Assembly: GCA_963845145.1 (NCBI GenBank)
Contig: CAWJQU010000017.1
Location: forward strand, 185,223 to 249,222
Direction of reading: 5' to 3'
Source of the DNA: an uncultured delta proteobacterium
GTDB lineage: Bacteria; Desulfobacterota; Desulfobacteria; Desulfobacterales; QNYZ01
DNA length: 64,000 nt
Shown piece after piece: positions 49,203 to 59,991 of this stretch. How positions within the stretch are numbered: the first letter of the stretch is position 1; each line of letters begins with the position of its first letter. The position numbers and the translations under genes are program-made. Under the pieces are notes generated by a model. That model did no database searches, was not told the DNA's origin, and was given only the letters and a program-made list of their open reading frames with translations.

Positions 49203-49847
49203 TTGAATGCAACCTCTCCGGCTGAAAAAGCCATATTGAAAAAACCGAAAAGCCGTTTGCGTGAAAATATCGAGGCGATTTTGATCGCCGTAATACTCGC
49301 GCTTTTTATTCGAACGTTTGTTGTTCAGGCCTTTAAAATACCTTCCGGTTCGATGAAGGATACGCTGCTCATCGGTGACCATATCCTGGTCAACAAATTT
49401 ATTTACGGGGTTAAGGTCCCTTTTTCCCAGGCCACAATTATTCCCATATCATCACCCAAACGGGCAGATATCGTCGTGTTCAGATATCCTGAAGACCCCA
49501 AAAAAGATTTTATCAAAAGGGTAGTGGGTATTGGTGGGGATGTGGTCGAGATTAAAGACAAAAAGGTGTATATCAACAAAAAACTGGTGGCCATGGAATA
49601 TGCCAAGTATACCGATCCTAATATTTTTCCAGGTAAATTCAGCCACCGGGATAACTTCGGACCGGTAACCGTTCCCGAGAACGCCTTGTTTGTGATGGGG
49701 GACAATCGCGACAACAGCCACGACGGCCGATTCTGGGGCTTTGTGGATGAAAAGGAACTCAAGGGTAAAGCATTTATGATTTACTGGTCCTGGAATAAGG
49801 AACGTTTTGGCGTGCGATGGAACCGGTTGGGCGATTTTTTACGCTGA
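49203..49847 (+). CDS. lepB: Signal peptidase I
   Basis: IPSGSM, GDHILVNK, FIKRVVG, MGDNRDNSHDGR. Confidence 0.95.
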   Translation: MNATSPAEKAILKKPKSRLRENIEAILIAVILALFIRTFVVQAFKIPSGSMKDTLLIGDHILVNKFIYGVKVPFSQATIIPISSPKRADIVVFRYPEDPKKDFIKRVVGIGGDVVEIKDKKVYINKKLVAMEYAKYTDPNIFPGKFSHRDNFGPVTVPENALFVMGDNRDNSHDGRFWGFVDEKELKGKAFMIYWSWNKERFGVRWNRLGDFLR

Positions 49848-49897
49848 ATGCCATCAAAACTTTATTATAAGGTAACCCTTGCCTAAAAAGGTAACAC

Positions 49898-51307
49898 ATG
49901 CCCAAATCTGATGAAAACAATTCCAATCAACGAATCTTAGTCGTCGACGATGAGTTGTCGATGCGCGAAGTCCTCGAGATGTTGCTTCAAAGAAACGGTT
50001 ATCAGGTTACATGCGCCGAAGACGGTCGCACGGCGATCAAACTTCTTAAGAAAAAACGATTTGATCTGCTCCTGGTCGATATTCGGTTAGGTGATATTGA
50101 CGGCATCGAGGTCTTAAAGGAAGCCAAAAGTCGTGATGCCGATGTTGTGGTGATTATGATATCCGCCCATGCGACAGCTGAGACGGCTGTTGATGCAATG
50201 AATTCCGGCGCTTACGATTACGTCCCAAAACCATTTAATAATAATGAGTTGCTATCGACTATTGGGAAAGCCATCGACCTGAAAAATCTGGACAAAGAAA
50301 AATCAGAAATGGACGATGTGCTGCGAGACACACGCCATTTCGACCGGATTGTCGGTAATAGTCCCAGGATGTTGTTTATTTACGATCTCATTCGCCGGGT
50401 GTCGCTAACCGACACCAGCATATTGGTCACCGGTGAAAGCGGTACTGGCAAGGAACTCATCGCCCAGGCCATCCATCAGGAAAGCGCGCGGCGTGATGAG
50501 CCTTTTGTGGTCATCAATTGCGGCGGTATCCCCGAAACCCTTATGGAAAGCGAGTTGTTTGGGCATAAGAAAGGATCGTTTACCGGGGCGGACCGAGATA
50601 AGAAAGGGCTTTTTGAGACGGCACATAAGGGAACCATATTTTTAGATGAAATAGGGGAGTTGCCGATCCAGGTTCAGGTCAAATTGCTGCGGGTGATTCA
50701 GGAAAGAACCATACGGCCGGTGGGCGACAACGAGGACATTTCGGTCGATATCCGGATCATCTCAGCCACCAACAAGGATTTGGAAAAAGAGGTCATCGAC
50801 GGTCAGTTCCGGGAAGATCTTTTTTATCGCCTCAACGTGGTCGAAATCAAAGTGCCGCCTTTACGGGAACGAAAAGCAGACCTCAATATCCTGGCCCAAC
50901 ACTTTCTGGATAAGTATTCCCGCAAAATGGACAAAGAGATGACCAAGATCTCTTCTTATGCCATTGACCTGTTATCTAAATACGATTTCCCGGGTAACGT
51001 CCGCGAGCTGGAAAACCTCATTGAAAGAAGCGTGGCCCTCTCTAATACCAATATTCTTCTGCCAGACAGCCTGGCCATGTCCATTCATAAAAGACGCTGG
51101 GTCGAGGGTGTTAAAAATAAACGCTTTGATCTGGACGATGTGGTAAACGGGGTCTCTCTCGACACCATTCTAACCGATATCGAACAAGCCTACCTTAAAA
51201 AAGCCCTGGAGGTAAGTGGGGGCAACAAGCAAAAAGCGGCTGAATTGCTGGATTTAAACCTTCGATCCCTGCGGTATCGTTTGGATAAGCTCAAAATCGA
51301 TTCATGA
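49898..51307 (+). CDS. pilR: Sigma54-dependent response regulator (PilR-like)
   Basis: Receiver domain; GESGTGKE, ESELFGH.KGSFTGA, FREDLFYRL, PGNVRELEN; Fis-type HTH; upstream of the pilin. Confidence 0.82.
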   Translation: MPKSDENNSNQRILVVDDELSMREVLEMLLQRNGYQVTCAEDGRTAIKLLKKKRFDLLLVDIRLGDIDGIEVLKEAKSRDADVVVIMISAHATAETAVDAMNSGAYDYVPKPFNNNELLSTIGKAIDLKNLDKEKSEMDDVLRDTRHFDRIVGNSPRMLFIYDLIRRVSLTDTSILVTGESGTGKELIAQAIHQESARRDEPFVVINCGGIPETLMESELFGHKKGSFTGADRDKKGLFETAHKGTIFLDEIGELPIQVQVKLLRVIQERTIRPVGDNEDISVDIRIISATNKDLEKEVIDGQFREDLFYRLNVVEIKVPPLRERKADLNILAQHFLDKYSRKMDKEMTKISSYAIDLLSKYDFPGNVRELENLIERSVALSNTNILLPDSLAMSIHKRRWVEGVKNKRFDLDDVVNGVSLDTILTDIEQAYLKKALEVSGGNKQKAAELLDLNLRSLRYRLDKLKIDS

Positions 51308-51320
51308 TTGAATAATTGTC

Positions 51321-51515
51321 TCCCGCAGAGGCGCCAAGACGCAAAGAAAAAATTTGTTTTGTATTTTAAACCCTCTGCGATCTCCGCGATCCCGGCGGTG
51401 CTTGTCGATTTCACACGAAAAATAGTACCGCGGAGGACGCAGAGCTCGCAATGATAGTTTATGGCATAATTGATAATAGATTACCCTCTGCGTCTTTGCG
51501 CCTTGGCGGGAAAAA
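51321..51515 (+). repeat. ~190-bp REP-like repeat, copy A
   Basis: cgccaagacgc...gtattttaa.ccctctg.gatctccgcgatccc.gcggtg...accgcggaggacg...ttgataatagat...ttggc.ggaaaaa, shared with 53357-53543; self-complementary ends. Confidence 0.88.
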
Positions 51516-51644
51516 GGTTTTGCCTTTTGGGGGAATGAGAGAATAACGGTCTCCCATAGACGCACCCCAAGGGCACTTCCTTCGGGGCGCTAAGAAAAAG
51601 CCGAGAAATCCCAGGTTAGGTGAATGGATAATGATAGAACCGAT

Positions 51645-52022
51645 TTATCCTTTTATGATAGACACCTCATATTTACAAATTTCATCATCATGTGTGATCA
51701 GGGTGAACCCTTCAATCATTGCTTGGGCGACAAGTAAACGGTCGAAGGGGTCGCGATGATGAAGTGGAAGATCCGCAATGGCATGCACATGCTGATGTGT
51801 AATAGGTAACAGCTCAAAATCCTGCAACTCCAATATCATTTGAAAATTGGATGGAATGATTAGTTTTCCCAGTCCGGCTTTTATCCGAATTTCCCAGATT
51901 ACTGCAGCACTTATAAATACCAGGTTATTTCCATCCGAAATCAATCGACACACTTTATCTTTTAGCATCGGGCTGTCGTCTAACCACCACAACAGAATAT
52001 GGGTATCGAGCAGGACATTCAT
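51645..52022 (-). CDS. VapC (PIN-domain) toxin
   Basis: LLDTHILLW, WEIRIK, HRDPFDRLLVAQA, ITHD. Confidence 0.92.
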   Translation of the reverse strand: MNVLLDTHILLWWLDDSPMLKDKVCRLISDGNNLVFISAAVIWEIRIKAGLGKLIIPSNFQMILELQDFELLPITHQHVHAIADLPLHHRDPFDRLLVAQAMIEGFTLITHDDEICKYEVSIIKG

Positions 52023-52258
52023 TTTTCTATCATTCCAAATGTCTCCGCCAAGTCGGCAGGTAATTTATCGAAATCCTCCAGGATCTTAATTTGGCCTTTC
52101 AGTGCTCCCGGTTGGCGAGGTTTATCTGAACGTTTGAATTTGACCAACTTGGCCACCGGTTTGCCGGCTTTACCAATAATGACTTCCTGACCGGCAAGAA
52201 CTTTTTGAACGAGTGCTGACAATTGGGATTTTGCATCCGAAATGTTCGTAATGTGCAT
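52019..52258 (-). CDS. Phd/YefM-family antitoxin
   Basis: NISDAKSQLSALV, GQEVIIGKAGKPVAKL; overlaps the toxin start. Confidence 0.92.
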   Translation of the reverse strand: MHITNISDAKSQLSALVQKVLAGQEVIIGKAGKPVAKLVKFKRSDKPRQPGALKGQIKILEDFDKLPADLAETFGMIEK

Positions 52259-52280
52259 GGCTCATCTCCATTTTAAAATA

Positions 52281-52301
52281 TAGTCTGACCAGGCCAGACT
52301 A
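52281..52301. promoter_or_regulatory. Palindromic operator upstream of the first TA operon
   Basis: TAGTCTG-ACCAGGC-CAGACTA next to a minus-strand TTGACA. Confidence 0.55.
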
Positions 52302-52540
52302 ATTTGTCAAGTGAAATTTGAATTGCCATACCGTTTAAATTATCAATATTTGAGCCAGATGATTGTTGAACAACGTTGGGTCCTTTAACGACCTCAATAG
52401 GTACGATAAATCGTTTATGTGTGTGAGCCCTTTGGGAATTATAAATAAAATTGTCTCCCGATGACACAAAGATTCAAATTGAACCATCGTGTTGTATTTT
52501 TCTGAAAGTGGCTACTTGACAAAATAGAAAATAGCTATTA

Positions 52541-52822
52541 TTGATGGGTAGGCTTAAGCCCAAAACCATCGTAATGGTGAACATGATGAAAATAGTTACT
52601 GCAAAAGAGCTGAAAAATAGAACCGGTGAGGTAATCAGGACCATCAAAAAAGGACAGGAAGTGCTTTTAAGCTACCATGGCCGCCCCTTGGCAAAAGTTG
52701 TGCCCCTGAAAAAAACGTCTTTATTAAAAGAGATGACAGGGATAATTACGACACTTCCAGACGATGATTTGAAATTAATTCGGAATCGACGGTTGGCTGA
52801 GAGATATGAAGATATTTATTGA
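52541..52822 (+). CDS. Phd/YefM-family antitoxin (start probably ATG 52583 or 52586)
   Basis: VTAKELKNRTGEVI, GQEVLLSYHGRPLAKVVP. Confidence 0.88.
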   Translation: MMGRLKPKTIVMVNMMKIVTAKELKNRTGEVIRTIKKGQEVLLSYHGRPLAKVVPLKKTSLLKEMTGIITTLPDDDLKLIRNRRLAERYEDIY

Positions 52823-53231
52823 CACCAACATTGTTCTGGATGTTTTAGCCCGCCGTGAGCCGTTTTATGCCAATTCGGCCCGAATTTGGGAAATGGTTGA
52901 AAATGAAGGTTTTACAGGGTATCTTTCGGCCACATCCATCACTGATATCTTTTACATTTTAAATAAACATCTCGGATCGCGTAAAGCCTATGACAGCCTT
53001 GATACGTTGCTGGTCGTATTTGATATCGCTTCCGTAACCGCGACGCACATTCGAGCAGCATTAAAAACCGGCCTAAAAGATTTCGAAGATGCCATACAGT
53101 ATGTATGCGCCAGAAAAACTGGCGTTAAGTATCTGGTTACCCGCAATAAGAAGGTCTTTCCTGCAGAGACAGATCTGCAGATAGTGGATCCGGAAGCATT
53201 TCTCTTACATCTGGACATCAAAAAGCGCTAA
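52806..53231 (+). CDS. PIN-domain (VapC-like) toxin
   Basis: IFIDTNIVLD, DFEDAIQ, LVTRN. Confidence 0.9.
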   Translation: MKIFIDTNIVLDVLARREPFYANSARIWEMVENEGFTGYLSATSITDIFYILNKHLGSRKAYDSLDTLLVVFDIASVTATHIRAALKTGLKDFEDAIQYVCARKTGVKYLVTRNKKVFPAETDLQIVDPEAFLLHLDIKKR

Positions 53232-53356
53232 ATTTTTCCGAAAAGGCGCGAATACGCCAATAAATTCAATGTTTTAAAAATTTTTTCCCTTCTTTGCGCC
53301 TTTGCATCTTATCAGGGCAAATGATTTAGCCTTTGGTAAATGAGTAAATCACTGTT

Positions 53357-53543
53357 TCCCGCCAAGACGCCAAGAAAAGATTTATGTTGTATTTTAAGCC
53401 CTCTGTGATCTCCGCGATCCCAGCGGTGATAGCTGATTTCATGCGAAAAATATTACCGCGGAGGACGTTGAGTTCGCAGCTATAGTTTATTGTATTATTG
53501 ATAATAGATACCCCTTTGCGCCTTCGCGTCTTGGCAGGAAAAA
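53357..53543 (+). repeat. ~190-bp REP-like repeat, copy B
   Basis: Direct repeat of 51321-51515. Confidence 0.88.
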
Positions 53544-53747
53544 TTAATTGTCTGTGTGCGTGGGTGTGTGGTCTATGGCTGAGGATTTGCAGGCAAATGA
53601 CAAATTTTGCAAGCTTTATCACAAATTTTTGGATTTACGAGCTGTTTTAAACGTAAATAGTTTGTCAATAAAAATAAAAAAACCATTACTTTCCAAATTT
53701 TTATAATATATCAGATTGTTAGGGATTTGTTAAAAAGCGTCAATAAA

Positions 53748-53764
53748 TTGGCACAAAGCTTGCT
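53748..53764 (+). promoter_or_regulatory. Sigma54 promoter of the pilin gene
   Basis: TTGGCAC-AAAGC-TTGCT. Confidence 0.85.
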
Positions 53765-53973
53765 TTAAAAAAGAACCATAGCGAATCATTTTAATGATAA
53801 TGAAAAAATCATCTGATGCTGACTTGAAAGGGGGGATGACTGAAAACTGGAACGGGAAAAAATAAATCGATAGATGAATTAAATCGGCATTAATCAATCA
53901 AAATATCAAAACCACAGCACAGCTAATAACAACCAACAACAAGGCAAAAAACCAAAAAAAAGGAGAGTTAAAA

Positions 53974-54624
53974 ATGTTACAGAAACTCAGAAATCATCAG
54001 AATCAAAAAGGTTTTACCCTGATCGAATTGATGATCGTCATCGCCATTATCGGTATTTTGGCGGCTATCGCCATTCCCCAGTTCGCCACCTATCGTAAAC
54101 GAGCGTCCAATACTAAAGGGTCGACGGCGGCCGGCGTAGCTAAAAATGCGGAAGCAGCTTTGAATCAGGATATCGGTTGCTATGGAATATCCGGTAATTC
54201 GACGCTAGCAGCCGCTGGTGGTGGATCTGCTGCGGGTGCGGTTTTACCTGGAAGCTTGGGCGCAATTTCCGCTGCTACTGGAGGACAAGCAGGGGCTCTT
54301 ATTACCGGCACGAGTCCGGCAACGGCTGCCATCAGCGCCGCAGGGTTTAGTGTCCCCTCAACGGTAGATATCCAGGCTAGCACAGAGGGTGCTAATAATG
54401 CCACATATATGATTCAGTCTGAGTCAATGAACGGCAACCGGGCCTATGGTGTGGACGGAGACACTGAAAACACTATGTATTTCGTACAGAATGAAGCTTG
54501 GCTAGGGCAGGCCGGTCTTGATAGTACTGCTGCCGGTATTACTGTGGGTACCGATGATTTCGCCGCCGGTGGTGGTGCTGCTGGTGGTGGTGCACCTACA
54601 GCGACATGGGAAGTACTTCAGTAA
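53974..54624 (+). CDS. pilA: Type IVa major pilin (long, Ala/Gly-rich)
   Basis: Prepilin site [35 protein letters not shown]; sigma54 promoter and terminator. Confidence 0.92.
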   Translation: MLQKLRNHQNQKGFTLIELMIVIAIIGILAAIAIPQFATYRKRASNTKGSTAAGVAKNAEAALNQDIGCYGISGNSTLAAAGGGSAAGAVLPGSLGAISAATGGQAGALITGTSPATAAISAAGFSVPSTVDIQASTEGANNATYMIQSESMNGNRAYGVDGDTENTMYFVQNEAWLGQAGLDSTAAGITVGTDDFAAGGGAAGGGAPTATWEVLQ

Positions 54625-54657
54625 TATGATATAAACAAATAATATCAACTGCCTATT

Positions 54658-54690
54658 CCCGGCACGGATACAATCGTGCCGGGTTTTTTT
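54658..54690 (+). terminator. Rho-independent terminator after pilA
   Basis: CCCGGCACG-GATACAAT-CGTGCCGGG-TTTTTTT. Confidence 0.9.
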
Positions 54691-55008
54691 ATTCTAAACT
54701 GGGTTTTATTTAAAAAACGTAGTAATATTTTCGTTACGTAAAGGTAACTCAGTCTCTATTGGGGTTAGGAATGCTCGGCTCCGACCAAACTCATCAATAA
54801 GCTATCAACGAAGAACATATGGATTGACGAACAATAGATATGAATATATATTTTACTCATTTGTCGATTTTTAAATCGTTTTGATATGCGATCAAAGATT
54901 TAAGTTGCTTACGGACGGATGAAATGCAAATTGCACACAGTTGAGTATATCTACTCAATTGATGAAAAAAATAATACTTAGTCTTTATATCGGTTAGGAA
55001 AATGGCTC

Positions 55009-55763
55009 ATGACAAGTCCGATTATATCACTTAATGGGATCGAAAAAAGCTTCGCTGACGGATTTAAACGACGCAAAATCATCCAAAATCTTTCTCTTGA
55101 AATTGTCAAAGGTGAAGTATTCGGTTTTCTAGGTCCCAATGGCGCTGGTAAGAGTACGGTGATCAATTTATTGATGGGGTTTATCAAGGCCGACCGAGGG
55201 GAGATCCACATTATTGATATACCCGCAACCTTTCCCCAGGCTCGGAAAAAAGTCGGGTACCTGCCTGAAGACCCCCGGTTTTACGGTAATTTGAATGCAC
55301 GGGAGTTGCTTCGTTCGGGGGGCTTGCTTCGGGAACAAAGAAGCTGGAGGTCAATAACAGGATTGCCCCATTGCTTTCTCGGCTGGAATTAAGCCATGCG
55401 GAGCACCAGCCGATTAACACTTACTCCAAGGGAATGAAACAGCGCCTGGGTTTAGCTCTGGCCATGATTCACGACCCCGATATTTATATTCTTGACGAGC
55501 CTATGAGTGGCCTAGATCCCCATCGACGCAACCTGCTTAAACGGATTATTATAGATCTGAAAGAACGAGGTAAAACGATATTTTTCAGTACCCATATTCT
55601 AAACGATGTGGAGGTGTTATGCGACCGCATCGGCGTGATCCACAAGGGCGATCTTTTGTTTTGTGGGGATGTTAAAGTCTTTGCCAATACCGGTAAAAGT
55701 TTTGAGGAAGAATTTGTCCACTTGGTTGATTCAATATCGAATGAGGACAATCAAAATGAATAA
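55009..55763 (+). pseudogene. Pilin-associated ABC ATPase with one frameshift near 55315 (may be a sequence error)
   Basis: GPNGAGKST in one frame, YSKGMKQR and LDEPMSGLD in another; adding one T (cgt ttc) restores LLRFGGLASG...LSRLEL. Confidence 0.8.
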
Positions 55764-56567
55764 AACAGGATTGGTAGCCCTGATTACGTTAAAAGAGGGT
55801 ATTCGCAACCGCGCATTGCAAGGTATTTTGTTGATCGCACTGTTTGTGAGTGCTGCCTTTTTGGTGGTGGTACCCCTTTTTGCTTTCGAAACCGGTAAGG
55901 TGGCGGTGGACCTGGGCTTTGCTGCCATATCTCTGGCCGGGCTTGGCATCTTGTTTTTTTTGGCCATTGCACTACTCACAGAGGATATTCACCGTCGCAC
56001 GATCTGTATGATTTTATCCCGCCCCATATCCCGGGCACAATATGTTTTAGGTAAGTTTTTCGGTTTATCCATTGCAATATTTCTTGCGGTGGTCATGATC
56101 GCGTTGTTAGTGCTTTTTTTTAGTTGGTTGGGGATTCAATTTCTGCCCACCATGGCTTCACCGCGTAATTACTCTTGGGGAATGCTGTTCACTGGGGTTT
56201 TGTTTAATTATATTTCATTATTAATTTTGTTGGCAGTCGCTTTTTTGAGCACTGTGGTTACAACCAACGCGTACCTTTCCATGCTGGTGACTTTTTGCGT
56301 TTACGTCATCGGGCACAGTTTGGAAACCATCGTCGGGATCGTTCTATCGGGAGAGTTTATTAAAGTAGGTCCGGTGTATGAGCAAATGATGAAATGGTTT
56401 ACCTGGGTTTTTCCCAATCAAGCGCCTTTGATCTTAAGGTTTACGTTGCCTATGGCTTGCCTTTATCTGCTACATATTGTTTATGGACGGTACTTTACGG
56501 CATTCTATATATTACTATCGTGATCTTTTTAACCATCATTATCTTCAATAGTAAGGAGATCAAATGA
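55756..56567 (+). pseudogene. Pilin-associated ABC permease with one frameshift near 56418 (may be a sequence error)
   Basis: TLKEGIRNR, EDIHRRTI..ILSRPISR.QYVLGKF; the alternate frame continues AFDLK...FNSKEIK* to a TGA overlapping the next ATG. Confidence 0.78.
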
Positions 56568-57406
56568 AGGGAATTAGGATCATAGGGGGAATTGTCCTGT
56601 TTTCCCTACTACTGACGGGTTACATTGTCAGCTATGATTTTGTAAAAACTCACCGAGATACCCTACCGGCCCGACACCATCGGGCCGAAGCACTTATGGT
56701 TTCTCCAAATCTTTTAAAGGTTGTCAGCGGCGAGTTCAAGGGACTGTGGGCTGACTACTTGTTAATGAAAGCATCGGTCTTTTTAGGCGGTGCCTGGGAG
56801 ATTACATCTGACGACCTGAACGTTATTTACCTGTTGTTCAAGCAATCCCTTGCCTTGGACCCCTATTTTTTTCAAACCTGCTACTATACCCAGGGAACTC
56901 TTTCCTGGAGAAAGGGCATGCACGAAAACGCCGTAGAGCTATTGGCAATTTCAGAACAACATCGGCCATGGGATTGGGAACCAGGGTTTTATATCGGTTT
57001 TGATCTATTTTATTACTTAAATAAAAATAAAGAGGCCGCCGCGTATATGCAGGCCTCAGCCCGGCGTCCCGACGCGCCGCCCATCGTTGCAACGCTGGGT
57101 GCTCGCCTGGCACAAAAAATCGGACAAACTGAAGTGGCTATTGCATTGTTAAAATCAATGTATTCAAGGATGGGCAATAGTGATCTGATGAGTCAGCATG
57201 TAAAAGAGCGTATTCAAGCTCACAACGGTATTCTTCAATTAGAACGGGCAATCGACCAATATGAAAATCAGTATGGTAAAAAACCCGACGCGCTCAACCA
57301 GTTGGTCATCTCAGGTATCATTGGACAATTGCCAAAAAATCCCTACGCGGATTCATTTTTTTATAAACGGGAGAGCGGTGAGTTATCATTTGATCGAACT
57401 CAATAA
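56564..57406 (+). CDS. Pilin-locus accessory membrane protein (TPR-like helices, GspG-like C-terminus)
   Basis: N-terminal TM, WADYLLMK, LDPYF, C-terminal AIDQY...P..L.QLV..G. Confidence 0.6.
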   Translation: MKGIRIIGGIVLFSLLLTGYIVSYDFVKTHRDTLPARHHRAEALMVSPNLLKVVSGEFKGLWADYLLMKASVFLGGAWEITSDDLNVIYLLFKQSLALDPYFFQTCYYTQGTLSWRKGMHENAVELLAISEQHRPWDWEPGFYIGFDLFYYLNKNKEAAAYMQASARRPDAPPIVATLGARLAQKIGQTEVAIALLKSMYSRMGNSDLMSQHVKERIQAHNGILQLERAIDQYENQYGKKPDALNQLVISGIIGQLPKNPYADSFFYKRESGELSFDRTQ

Positions 57407-57683
57407 TTCAGCAGACCGAATGTCGTCTGTCAACATCATGAAACCTGCGATGTCATCCCGGTGATCAATGTCTGTCATAAATCATTGATCTAAAAATCTA
57501 AGTGTAATTCCAGAAAACCATTCAATTGACCTAAATTACCAAATATTGGCAACAAAATACCTTTTTTATCGTAAATCGCTCTGTCTGTGATAGCTATTAA
57601 ATTTAAAACAAAAATAAATGATGATATTATCTGTAATAACAATCTATTACCTGTTTATTCAATTAGAGATTTAAAAAGTATCC

Positions 57684-57700
57684 CCGGCATGATATTTGCT
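57684..57700 (+). promoter_or_regulatory. Possible sigma54 promoter of the second pilin
   Basis: CCGGCAT-GATAT-TTGCT (GG-N10-GC). Confidence 0.55.
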
Positions 57701-57747
57701 AATTAAGACAGTAATTAATAATCGCGAACCTACCGACTGGGTATTTT

Positions 57748-58390
57748 ATGGATAAAAAATGGAATTATATAATCAATAATAATGGCTTTACATTGATTGA
57801 AGTGATGATTGTTATTGCCATTATCGGGATTCTGGCCGCAATCGCGGTTCCTGGATATACAACCTATCGAAAAAGAGCTCACAACTCCATGAGCTTTTCA
57901 ACCGCCATGTGGCTAAGAATGCCTTCGCCGCACTTAATGAAGATATCGGCTGCTATGGTATTAAGTGACGATACTCAGACTTTGATAAATCCTATCGGTG
58001 GAAGCGGTGCAGGAAATATTTTGTTGGGAAGCAATGGTGCCATCATTGCTGCTACTAGAGGAACAGTTGGTGCGATGGTAACGGGAAGCCACCCAAACAC
58101 AAGGTGTAATTAGCGCTGCGGCTTTTGCTGTTCCCGGCGGGGTTGATTTTATTGTAAGTAGTGACGCATCGAATCTTACTTACATGATCCTGAGTGAATC
58201 ATTTATGGGAAATCGTGCCTATGGTATTGATAGTGATGTGGAAAGTGCAATGTACATGATTCAGAATGAGCAATGGGTAGGACAGGTAAACTTTCAGAGT
58301 ATTGCTCCGCCTATCACAGTTGGAGTGGACGATTTTAATGGTGCCAATGGGGGTGGAGTGCCGACCGGTATTTGGACAGTATTGCAGTAA
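57748..58390 (+). pseudogene. Second pilin paralog with about three frameshifts
   Basis: [25 protein letters not shown]-terminal YMILSESFMGNRAYGID...QNEQW...ITVGVDDF...GGG.PT..W.VLQ aligns with pilA. Confidence 0.85.
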
Positions 58391-58451
58391 TCCCAACCTC
58401 TCTGAAGATTTAAGGAATTTTGAGTGATTGCCAAAGGATGACGTTTCGTTT

Positions 58452-59478
58452 GGGAGAGTTCAATATTCTGTGTCAGGTATTTTTCTTGATCATTAGCCAT
58501 ATAAAAGTCCTAATTCTTTATCCCGCCTTCCTTCAAAGAATATTGCTAACTGAGAAATGGTTAAAGATCAGTTTTGAACCGCCATCGTCCATTTCTTACT
58601 CGCATTCTGTATGCCCATATAGAGAAGCTTAAACAGGCTGTCCTGGCTTGGGAAAGCCCCTTTGGTTTTGGTTAAACTACGAAACTGCCGGTGAACGGCT
58701 TCAATGGTGTTCGTCGTGTAAATGATCCTGCGAATATCCTTCGGATACTTGAAGAATTGGCTGAGCCAATCCCAGTTGTTTCGCCAGGACTTGATGACAA
58801 TTGGATATTTGTCGTTTTATTTGCCTTCGAGCTTGTCTAACTCGGACTCGGCTAAATCTTTGTTAGTGGCCTTGTATACACGCGTGAGATCAACCATAAA
58901 TTCTTTCTGATTCTTTGAACCAACGTATTTCAAGGTGTTCCGAATTTGATGCACAACACAAAGATGGATTTCCGTTTTGGGAAAGATCTCCTCAATGGCC
59001 TCCGGAAATCTTTTAAGACCGTCTATACAGGCGGTCAGGATATCGCCAATGCCCCGGTTGGATAGATATGTCAGAACCTGCAACCATAAGTTGGCCCCTT
59101 CGTTCCCTGAAATATACAGCCCAAGAGCTTCCTTGCGGCCGTCAATCTTGACGCCAAGGATTCGGTAATCGCCGTTAGGGTGCCTTTGGAGACCTCATGC
59201 CATAGATGATATATCATCCTCAAGATGGGCGGATATGTCTTTATAGCTCATTCCTAAGCCGCACAGAGCAAGGATTTTTTCTTCAATCTCATCGCTGAGA
59301 GTCGTTTGGTGCTTTTTGGTCAGCCGGGGTGTAAATGTTCCGGCACGATCGCGCGGCGTGTCGAGTTCAAAAGAATCATCGAGGGTCTTGATCGTCTTTT
59401 TACTCTTGCCATGTCAGTCTCCTTTTAGCTTTATCTATCAGCTTTTTATTTGACTGACACAAAATTATGAACACCCTC
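58452..59478 (-). mobile_element. Degraded IS256-family element
   Basis: Transposase fragments (TPRDRAGTF, DGLKRFPEAI..IFP.TEIHLC.VHQIRN, IYTTNTIEA.HRQFR) with stops and frameshifts; imperfect 25-bp terminal IRs gggagagttcaatattctgtgtcag / ctgacacaaaattatgaacaccctc. Confidence 0.88.
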
Positions 59479-59906
59479 TTGAATTGTGTATTCGCTTCAA
59501 TGGCGGCAGTCTCATCGTCCAGACAGCTTCAGTATCCAGTTGAGCTCTATATTATATCATTATCGTAAGGCCCATTCCCAATCGTAAATTGTATCCATTT
59601 TTAAAAACCTCAGTATGAGGCATATATTAAACCATTCGATGTTTACGCTTTAAATGTGCAACTCCAGGCTCTATCATAGCTCTTGCGCCATCCTCCGACA
59701 CTTAGCCTTGGCTGTTCGCCCCGGATTATATTAATATCCACTATAGCCTTTAAATCACCACTGTAAACCTGCACACAATAATCTCTATCGACACAAGTGT
59801 GTTCCGAATTTCCGCTTATACGTTCTAGTCTTCTATATCGTCATTGACTATGTATGACCGTCGAACGTGTTGCCCAAAAATATTTAGGCAAGATAAACGT
59901 CGCAAT

Positions 59907-59936
59907 AAAAAAATAGGGGGACGGAAACACCCCCTA
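59907..59936 (-). terminator. Terminator downstream of the pilY1-like gene
   Basis: Minus strand TAGGGGG-TGTTTCCGT-CCCCCTA-TTTTTTT. Confidence 0.75.
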
Positions 59937-59991
59937 AGTAAAATTAGAATGAATTTATTGTGGTGTTGTGTATTATTAAAAAGCGAAGCCT

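Noticed and set aside
51190..53622. ORFs 51190-51414, 51302-51565 and 53326-53622
   Set aside because: Translations of the REP-like repeats; no protein motifs
53775..53973. Riboswitch (e.g. c-di-GMP-I) in the ~200-nt pilA leader
   Set aside because: A-rich, with no recognisable aptamer stems
53974..54624. PilA as a Geobacter-type conductive e-pilin
   Set aside because: Long, Ala/Gly-rich, low aromatic density with long aromatic-free gaps
59641..59850. Minus-strand fragment ...VQVYSGDLKAIV...RLSVGGWR resembling a PilY1 C-terminus
   Set aside because: No clear start and too short to assign without a search
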